This document shows positions 1-8,528 of a stretch of DNA of 64,000 nt, in pieces; position 1 is the first letter of the stretch, and each line of letters starts with the position of its first letter. A model generated the notes under the pieces. The model did no database searches. It saw only the letters and a program-made list of their open reading frames with translations, and was not told the DNA's origin. The position numbers were made by a program, and so were the translations under genes. This DNA is from Takakia lepidozioides (Eukaryota > Plantae > Bryophyta), in NCBI GenBank assembly GCA_030704615.1, contig CM060731.1:88412001-88476000 (forward strand). Reading direction: 5' to 3'.

Positions 1-3000
1 CCCAGCCGCCACCAGCAGAAATGTCTCCGGAGGAATTCCAAAGTGCAGCGGATACAATGTTGGAGGAGACACATAGTAGCATTGGCAGAGTTCTGGGCAG
101 CAGGGTATTCCAGCGGACTCTTCGAATCCCACTCTGTCGCATGGTCTCCCTTCCCACCGTCAGGCAGGCACTTCCCGGAGATGTGGATAAGCTCAAGTTT
201 GCATTTCGAGAAGGGTACCGTCTAGGTTCGCCAGCCTTCTACGTTTCCCTTGAGAATGAGGACGGCGAATCTCGTGGACCCACTGCGGAGGAATTGTCAA
301 CATGGGATACCCACTGGCACACTCGCAACGACGAATTCGAGGCAACCCTGAAGGGTGATCACGACTTCGGCCATATGTCGGGTAAAATGTTCTTTGTGTG
401 GGACGGGAATCACCGACTTCTCGCCTGGTGGGAGTACATCAAGCAGAACCATGCCAAGCACATTGGCTGGCATTACATGGTGGAGTGTGTCATCCTCAAG
501 GTGAAGGCGACAGACTCCTTCTTGCTCAAGAATGCCATGGCGGACCTCAACTCGTAAGATACTCATACCCTCCCAAGCACGTTCGAAATGCGGTGCCGCA
601 TTTCGGTTTCGAATCTGTTTTGTTTCCGTGCTTCCGTGGACTGAACTGGAGAGTGTGCCTTGTAGGGTCACTTAAAATGCATACGTGCATACCCACATGG
701 CACATATGCTGTACAGGGTGAGGAAAACTGGTCTCACTGATCCGCACATGTTCGCGGAAATGCTGGAGCCCGAGCTCATTCAGAAAGCCGTGGCAAAAAC
801 TGACCGGACATGGTATCGTCTCACTATGGATGGAATGGTGGAGGTGATATACGAAGTAAGTCGTCCTCCCATTTCCCTCTGCTCATCCTTCCCCAATTTC
901 CGGTAATCTTTCCACATGAATCGAATGTAACGCTTCTGCATGTTTTTGTTGGCAGTCAAACATCAAGCTGGATTTGGCCCATGCCAAACGCTTCTTCATG
1001 GAAAGTGAGGGGTAGGTCAAAACGTTGCAGTCATTGACTGAGCACTTGAAGGAAGCCGGGGTCAAGTCCAGAACGAAATACAAGTCAAAGCTTGTGAAGC
1101 TGGTGGCCATTGCAGATCCGGCACTTGGAAAGGACTTCATCCCCGAGATTGCAAAACACTATTCTCGGGCCATGCAGCCGACTGTTTCAATTCACTGAAG
1201 TTCCTTCCTAGTAATAGCCACTCTTCTTCCTGCTCCTGACATTGGATCGGAAATGGCAGACACGGTGGCTGTCAATCTGGAATGCATCGGAGAGTATAAG
1301 GACTCTGCGAGTACGTTGGTCTCAACTTTTGCTCACGCATGCTGACTGCCCTGCAGGTATATGAAATACGTGCTTCTTCAGACAGGAACAGCAGAAACAG
1401 ATAGTGCAAGTAGAGGGTGAGGAAGAGGACTCCGATGGAGACTTTGCAACCAGCCCACCCCCCGAGACGCAGCCAAAATCCCCTGTGCCCACCATTGTCA
1501 CGAGAGGGACGAGAACAGGCTTAGTCAAGAAGGCACTCTTCAACCCCCCGGGGGGGCACCCTTTTGAGCCGGTGGAAATGAAGAGGCCGAAAGTGGATCC
1601 CGATACAGTAGTCCAGTGTGTGAATGAGAGTTTCATGGCGGCTCTGGACGGACGGGCAGCCAAGTTGGCATACATCAAGACCATGGAGGGTCTGAAGGGC
1701 AGAGCACTGAAGAAGGCGGCTGAAGCAGAGCCTTCCGACACCCCTTGGTTTCTGAAGATGGTCTCGTTCTTCGAGAAGGTGTGTGCAGGGAAGGATTGTA
1801 GGAGGGGAGGAAAAGCCATAGAGTGGTCTTGCGATATGATCATCTTGGATATTCCGGACGGAGAGCCTGTGGAAGGACTGCAAGCTTTGCCATCTTGGAA
1901 CAGGTACTCCGAGGACTTTTGGAAGAAAGGATTCGGGCTCGCCCGCATGGTGTTGGACGACAGAGGCTGTGTGGTTGTCCTGGCAAGCAGAGGCAAAAAC
2001 ACAGAGACAGGAATTGCGAAGTGGACCCGCAAGAGCGTCATCCCAATTCTGAAGAAGAAGTGGACGTGCATCAACACATTGGGCCTTCGGTCGGAAGGGG
2101 AGAAGGTAATTAGGACATTAGCAATCTTCCTTTCATTTTGTAACCTGTTTTGAAATGCGGTGCCGCATTCGATTTCTAATCGTTCCCCACTGTGTATGCA
2201 GACGAAGCAGTTCGATGCATACTGCTTTGTGAAGGAGAACTCAACCTTTGCTTTCCGGAAGGAGGGATTGTTGGTTGACCCGAACTGCGACCCCATTGAT
2301 TACGACGTCCTGTTCAACAACGTTCCCATGGAACTTCTCCCTCATAGCCTCACTTCAACTGAACCCCTGCGGTATTCATGCACTCAAAGCCCTGCCGTCA
2401 TTCAGACAATTATGGAGACATGCACTGACGTGGAGGGCACAGTGCTCGACCTCATCTGTGGGACAGGTATGCAGAATCTTGTTGTATGCTTTTCTGCAAA
2501 CTCTCGTTATGCTTTCATTCGCAACATCTGAAGGGCCATGTCATAATGTGTGGATGGCATTGTAACAGGTGCCTCAATGTGGGCTGGGCGGTTTTCCGAC
2601 CGGCACTCTTTGCCTACGAGGAGGACACAGGCGTCTGGGGATCCCATCTGGAAGGGCTGCAACGGAATGTGAAGGCTCCCATCGAAGTCAAAGACTCCTC
2701 GGATTTGTCGGAGTCGGAGGAAGAGACAGTGGACATTGATGCCGAGGAGAACCCGGAATACGAGTGAGTGCAAACATTGTAAGTTTGCAAAGCCTTCTGT
2801 GTGATTTTTTGTCAAATGCATATCCGGACTGTGGTTCTCATTGGTCTCGTTGGTGATTGTAATGTGCAGGATTGGAGGATCCGGGTCGAAACATGTAGGG
2901 CCTACACTTCCTGCCAGGAAGAATGTCCCGTTCTTTGCGAGGGCCGACTTCATGACGAGCCCGGTGAAGGACTACTCCCTTCCTAGTTATGCAGCTAAAC

Positions 3001-3340
3001 TCGCAAATACACCGATTAGACGATGTGAGAAAATCCCAGTTAAGTAGAGCAGATTTTGGAGAGGGCTAGGGAGGACAGAAGGATAAGGAAAGAGTTGGCA
3101 ACAGCTGAGGCAGGTAGACGGGTGCGAAAGTTCATATGTGATTCAGCGGATGAGAGCGATGCAGAAAGGGAGGACGACGAGCCAACGGAGGTGAGATGGT
3201 CGGTTCTGCAAGGTGAAGATGGGATTTTTGAAAGCCTGGCCAACGACCAGTCCGCTGAAGATGAGAAAAGCAATGACGGGGTGGAGGCGGAGCAGAACAG
3301 TCAAGGACAGGACGACAGTAGTGATGATTTTCAAGATTAA
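1..3340 (+). pseudogene. Intron-containing ParB/Srx-like + beta-class N4C/N6A DNA methyltransferase-like fusion gene, decayed; frame is open off the 5' edge of the window
   Basis: Approximate exons <1-553, 666-855, 956-1310, ~1383-2105, 2202-2467, 2569-2763 and 2870-3340, mostly joined by phase-compatible GT-AG introns (the 1310/1383 junction is unresolved). ParB-type motif FVWDGNHRLLAW is in exon 1. MTase motifs occur in beta order: CDMIILDIPDG (motif IV position), ARMVLDDRGCVVV, then SPAVIQTIMETCTDVEGTVLDLICGTG|ASMWAGRFSDRH..FAYEED (motifs X/I/II). In-frame stops at 673, ~1013 and ~1196; frameshifts near 2605 and 3045; acidic C-terminus. Confidence 0.72.
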
Positions 3341-3476
3341 TACAATTTTGATGAACTCTCTGTACATTTAAATTCAATTCCAGAGTATATAAAGGCAATT
3401 CTCCCCGTCCTTCATGTCCCCTCTCCCATGTGCTTCTAAACGACAACATCGTCCAAACCTGGTCCCTCCCAAAATC

Positions 3477-4517
3477 TGAAATGCGGCACCGCATTTCAAT
3501 GTCTGAACGGAAATGTGGGAACTGCAAAAACCTCGTTTGGAAATGCGGCACCGCATTTCCAAAACCGGAGCAAGAACAAATTTCCGTTTCATGGTTTGGA
3601 CATCAGAAACTGTTCGGACAAACGGAAATGCGGTGCCGCATTTCCGTTTCCGACACGACAGTTTTGCCGATTGCCAGCTCCTTCCATGGATGTAAATCGA
3701 AATGCGGAGGTCGAACATGGAAATGCAGTGCCGCATTTACCTTTTGGAGATGGACATTTTTCCAACTGCAGACCCATCGACGTTCTTGGGCTCCCAATTC
3801 CATGATGCTAGACGGGAATGCGGCACCGCATTCCATTGAATAAGAAATTTCGATGACGTACATGGAAATGCGGCGCCGCATTTCCAAAAGGGACATCGTT
3901 GTTTGCCCAATTCCACACCCTTTGATGGAAATGCGGCACCGCATTCCATCATCCTATAAAAACTTACATTGTCCTATAAAAACTTTCAATTGCCCAACAT
4001 GGGAAATGCGGCGCCGCATTTCCAAAACAGACATCGTTGTTTGTCCAATTCCAGACCCGTGTGGGCATTCCGTCTTGATGGACGGAAATGCGGCACCGCA
4101 TTCCATTGTCCGATTCGATATTTTGATGACAGACATGGAAATGCGGTGCCGCATTTCCAGAACTTCCATCGTTGTTTGTCCAATTCCAGACCCTTCGACG
4201 GAAATGCGGCACCGCATTCCATTGTGCTCTCCGGAAATGGTGTGCCGCATTTCATTGTCCGGTACAAAATTTCGATGACGGACATGGAAATGCGGTGCCG
4301 CATTTCAAGTATGGACATGGACAAGCATTAGCGACTGGACATGCTTGGATGGTTCAAGTCGAATATGGAAATGCGGCGCCGCATTTCAAATTCGAAGTAT
4401 GGTAATGCATGTCAGGAAATGAAATGTTGTACAGCATTTCCGTCACGACGACAACGGAGGAAAGGGAGCTGCCAGAAATCGCTTCATAGAGAAAATGGAA
4501 TGCGGTGCCGAATTTCC
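3477..4517. repeat. Array 1 of a 22-bp palindrome GGAAATGCGG-(CA/TG/CG)-CCGCATTTCC (16 copies plus half-sites)
   Basis: Copies start at 3477, 3539, 3624, 3719, 3814, 3864, 3927, 4002, 4084, 4137, 4200, 4233, 4286, 4367, 4420 and 4496. Single copies also occur at 584 and 2151 (inside introns of the upstream gene) and at 5654. Confidence 0.95.
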
Positions 4518-4793
4518 GAGCTTCGGCGTATACATGTTTCCTACAACTCATACATGGATTTTCTTCACCTCAGGACTGTGATATCGCTGACTCTGGTATA
4601 TTCATATGGACAGACACATTGTAGAAATGAGTCCTCAAATTGTAAATAGTGGGCCAATTACGGCAGTTCTTGAACACGATGAAACACAAGCACACAGAAG
4701 TGAGGTACGATGGGTTGTTTTATTGATCGAACACGGTGTCTCACATTTAGCAACTCCAGACAAATCTAAGCCCTTCCTCCTTCTACATGGGTG

Positions 4794-5372
4794 TCACCAA
4801 GTCGACGGAACTTCGATAGCCCTCAAAACAAGCTCATTACTGATGCGGCATCTCGAGGTAAACTGCAATGCGGTCGATCTGGTGCCTTTGGTGGAGCTGA
4901 CGACAATGTCATGCCCATCAATCATACCACCATCATACATTGACAAGGTCATTGTGGGCCTCCTATGCCCGTGCGATTCGTCTTCGCAACTCAGCCGAAT
5001 GTCTCCATACACTGGAAAAGCGGAGTGAACTCCACGAATATAGTTTTCCCCGGTGCCGTCCTCCCTGGTCCACTGGCAGCAGTTCCAGCGCCAAAGTGAG
5101 GCCGTGCGTGATCTGTCCGGCATCCCATTCCACCTTGGTATATCGAGGTCAACAATTTTCAGGACCCATGGACCGCATTGACCCTCGCCCTCACCTCGCT
5201 CAAAGCGGTAATAGCCCTCCAGATACTCCATTGCGCGCAAAGACTCCCGCTTGATTCCAGATGCGTCTGTGAAAACTGAAAGCCAGACAATGATCTCTCC
5301 TGATTCTGGTTTGAACATAGCATAATCGTGGCCATGATAAGGGCAATCAGCAGGATTTTGGCGGCACGGCAT
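4794..5372 (-). CDS. Unknown ~192-aa protein (paralog A); frame open upstream to 5495
   Basis: Uninterrupted ORF MPCRQNPADCPYHGHDYAMF...ELVLRAIEVPSTW. It aligns along its full length at protein level with the ORF at 5930-6492, which supports coding status. Confidence 0.6.
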   Translation of the reverse strand: MPCRQNPADCPYHGHDYAMFKPESGEIIVWLSVFTDASGIKRESLRAMEYLEGYYRFERGEGEGQCGPWVLKIVDLDIPRWNGMPDRSRTASLWRWNCCQWTREDGTGENYIRGVHSAFPVYGDIRLSCEDESHGHRRPTMTLSMYDGGMIDGHDIVVSSTKGTRSTALQFTSRCRISNELVLRAIEVPSTW

Positions 5373-5631
5373 CCCTGAAAAAGAGTAGCGCAGTACGCTC
5401 AATGACAGCAGCTCCCCGGATGGAGGAGGTAGCAGCGCGGTGGCTAGAAGAAATTCAAGCAAACGCTGCAATTCCTCACAAACACTCCAGGGCAAATTTA
5501 AATTTCCCCCCGACAGGAACGTGCACGGATGAAGATTGGCTCATCCATGAATGTAGCCGTTTCAGTTTCCTTCCCTGCCATGCAAACTATGGGCAGTAAG
5601 TGCCAGGTGGGCCTATAGCCACTCGAGACGA

Positions 5632-5694
5632 CGAAGTCCATCCCCCCTTTGATGTAAATGCGGCGCCGAATTTCCATCCGGGGGATGGACTTCG
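5632..5694. promoter_or_regulatory. 63-bp hairpin/inverted repeat between the divergent paralogs, with one palindrome copy at its centre
   Basis: Perfect 15-bp arms CGAAGTCCATCCCCC (5632-5646) and GGGGGATGGACTTCG (5680-5694) enclose GATGTAAATGCGGCGCCGAATTTCCATC. The structure is seen directly; a regulatory role is inference. Confidence 0.6.
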
Positions 5695-5929
5695 GTGGCA
5701 GATTTCAAACTATACCCCGTGGATGAGAAAGAGGTATCGGTTCATCCACCGCTGGCGTGTTGAACACGTTACACGATGATTGGTGGGTACTTGTGACCCA
5801 GATGGTCCATTATTGGAGCCCGCACTGCTCTTCCGCTTCTCATCATTTCGAAAATCTAAGGGCTTCGTTGCTGTCCGCAAGGTCATTGTCATCGGCATCA
5901 AAGACGTCCTCAGGTCCTCCTTTGCAAGG

Positions 5930-6492
5930 ATGTCGTGCTTCCGGAACCGGGACGACTGCCCTTATGGAGGCATCGATTATGCAATGTATTCGGCCACATC
6001 GGGAGACATCGTTCTCTGGTACACAGATTACACAGAAGATACTGGTTCGAATGTGGAAACATTGTCCGCTTTTGAGTATCTCCCAGGCCAGTACGCCTTC
6101 GAGCAGGGTGACGATCTTGGTCTGAGGAGTCCGTGGCTCCTGCGCATCTTGATTCCGATTTTCCCAGCTACGACGGGCACCCATGCAGAAGAATGCGCAC
6201 TGCTATGCTGTTGCGGTGGAACTGCTGCCAGTGGACGTGGGTGGACTCCATCGGAGAGACTTATACTCCTGAAGGAGTGCGCTCATCTTCTCCATTGTAT
6301 GGGGACATTCACATTGGTGTGGACGGCGAAAACGTGAAGCTTTCCATATTCGATGGTGGTATGATTGAAGGGCAGGACATTGTGGTGAACATCAACAGGG
6401 GCGGTACAACGGCTGCAATCCAGTTTACCTGGAGGAGCCCGAAGACTCATGAGCTAGTTCTCAGAGCAGTCGAAGTCCCATTGACAACGTGA
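5930..6492 (+). pseudogene. Unknown ~187-aa protein (paralog B) with one frameshift near 6147
   Basis: MSCFRNRDDCPYGGIDYAMY...PWLLRI[fs]LDSDFPSY...LRWNCCQWT...YGDI...SIFDGGMIEGQDIVV...ELVLRAVEVPLTT; colinear with paralog A. Confidence 0.6.
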
Positions 6493-6946
6493 CTTGTATT
6501 CAGAAGGCACAGGGCTAAAGATTTGTTTGCACAATCAGCACAGTAGACGTGCTTCAAATGCAATTCATGTGGATCAATAAAAACCCAATTGTGCCCTCTT
6601 TTTGTTCTATTCTGTATCCATCGTTCCCAAAATACGTCATTCCTCATTTCGTTTGGGATTGGGAGTGTGGGTGGATTTTGCAAGTGGCTGGTAGGCTGAA
6701 ATGGGCCCCCATTGTACAGATCAGTACCACCCTACCATTCGCGAAACATTGCCTTTCAATATGTAATTCTAAAAAACATTGCCGAACCTCCTTCATCGGG
6801 AGGTCCTTCTCCCCCTATGACCGTGACACCCTAAACCCTATTCTCGCGGACACTTGTTTCCGGAAAATAGTCCTGCTCATGTTTTTTTCGACACTTACGA
6901 CTCTGCTCATGGCTCATGGCTCATGGCTCATGAAATAGCAGCCCCC

Positions 6947-7863
6947 GGACAGAAGGATAAGGAAAGAGTTGGCAGCAGCTCAGACAGGTAGACGGGTGCG
7001 AAAGTTTATATGTGATTCAACGGATGAGAGCGATGCAGACAGGGAGGACGACGACCCAATGGAGGTGAGATGGTCGGTTCCACAAGGGGAAGATGGGATT
7101 TTTGAAAGTCTGGCCAACGAGCAGTTCGCTGGACATGAGAAAGGCAATGACGGGGTGGAGGCGGAGCAGGACAGTCAAGGACAAGACGACGATAGTGATG
7201 ATTTTCAAGATTAGTAGAATTTTAATGAACTCTCTGTACATTTAAATTCTCTTCCAGAGTATATAAAGGAAATTCTCCCCATCCTTCATGTCCCCTCTCC
7301 CATGTGCTTCTAAACGACACCATCGTCCAAACCACGTCCCTCCCAAAATCGGAAATGCGGCACCGCATTTCCATGTCGGAACGGAAATGTGGGAACTGCA
7401 AAAACCTCGTTTGGAAATGCGGCACCGCATTTCCAAAACCGGGGCAAGAACAATTTTCCGTTTCATGGTTTGAACATCAGAAACTGTTCGGCCGAACGGA
7501 AATGCGGTGCAGCATTTCCATTTCCGACACGGCAGTTTTGCCGATTGCCAGCTCCTTCCATGGAGGTAAATGGAAATGCCACCCCGCATGCGGAGGTCGA
7601 ACACGTTATTTAAATGGCGGACATGGAAATGCGGTGCCGCATTTTCATTTTGGAGATGGACGTTTTTCCAACTCCAGACCCATCGACGGAACTGCGGCTC
7701 CGCATTCCATTGTCCAATAAGAAATTTTGATGACGTACATGGAAATGCGGCGCCGCATTTCCAGAACGGACATCGTTGTTTGTCCAATTCCAGACCCTTG
7801 GACGGAAATGCAGCACCGCATTCCATTGTCCAATGAGAACTTTTGATTGCCAAACATGGAAAT
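6947..7863 (+). repeat. Direct duplicate of 3073-4007: 3' end of the ParB-MTase gene plus palindrome array 2
   Basis: Starts GGACAGAAGGATAAGGAAAGAGTTGGCA as at 3073 and encodes the same acidic C-terminus (...DDFQD*). Palindromes at 7351, 7413, 7498, 7572, 7625, 7688, 7741 and 7804, with a cut half-site at 7858. Confidence 0.93.
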
Positions 7864-7865
7864 AA

Positions 7866-8473
7866 CACTCAAGGAGGCGGAGGCGCTCACTAGGTGGAGC
7901 CCCGCACACCGGGTTGCGGTGGGGGTGGCTCCACAAGGGGTGGTGGTAGCTTAGCGGGACTTAGTGGGGGTGGCATAGGACTCACCATGGGGTGGAGACC
8001 TCGAGGTGGGAGTCGTGGGGAGTCTTGGGACTCATCACGGTCCATTGGGGCCGCGGTGAGTGGGCCAAGACTCACCGCGACTCACCACCGGGAATCGAGG
8101 GTCTTCGTGGTGGTTCGCCATAAAATGGCATGGCTGGTTGTGAAACCCCCGCGGACAGCTACAGAAGTATATATAGGGAGTAGTAACCCCGAGAACGGTG
8201 CAAGCCCGTTGGTGACCAAAAACTAGTGAGTAAGCGAGCGAGCCGGAAAGCGACCAAAGAGTGGGGAGCTGTTCCGGACTGCCAACTACAAAAGGAATTC
8301 CCGCTGGTTCCAAAGCGGTGGAGGGTTCTTTGGGAGAACAAAGGGGGACCGTTATGCCCGGTGAGCAGCCGAAGCTCCAAGTTGGCCCGGCGGCCAGGTT
8401 AGGAGTCAGGCGCGCGCATCAAAGCGAGTAACTATGACTTGAGGGGGAGCTTACCGAAGGGAGGTGCGCGACA
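7866..8473 (+). repeat. 5' LTR (only the 3' ~610 bp remain)
   Basis: Matches 14108-14717 with a few differences; ends ...GCGCGACA just before the PBS. Confidence 0.92.
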
Positions 8474-8475
8474 CT

Positions 8476-8487
8476 TGGTATCAGAGC
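8476..8487 (+). promoter_or_regulatory. Primer-binding site complementary to initiator tRNA-Met
   Basis: TGGTATCAGAGC, 2 nt after the LTR end. Confidence 0.92.
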
Positions 8488-8528
8488 TTAGAGTTCAGTA
8501 CGCGATCGTCCTTGGGATTGGCCTCATC

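Noticed and set aside
1322-2296. 324-aa minus-strand ORF
   Set aside because: Antisense shadow of the MTase-like exons; it crosses an intron and has no motif of its own.
3477-4517. CRISPR array (palindromic repeats with spacers)
   Set aside because: The spacers are themselves repeated (53+63-bp higher-order unit) and vary from 11 to 73 nt; there are no cas genes and the context is a spliced eukaryotic genome.
3374-4649. Many overlapping ORFs with MRHRIS/KCGTAF/GNAAPH repeats (also 7222-7936)
   Set aside because: Six-frame translations of the palindrome; the same peptides appear on both strands.
6828-6841. CCCTAAACCCTA telomere-like motif (also ~56690-56706)
   Set aside because: Only about two units; too short to call an interstitial telomere.
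1-7863. Bacterial contamination or a prophage
   Set aside because: The ParB-MTase gene has several phase-compatible spliceosomal introns and is contiguous with plant LTR elements.
7890-8226. Gly/Pro-rich ORFs duplicated at 14132-14468
   Set aside because: They lie within the GC-rich LTRs; duplication reflects LTR identity.
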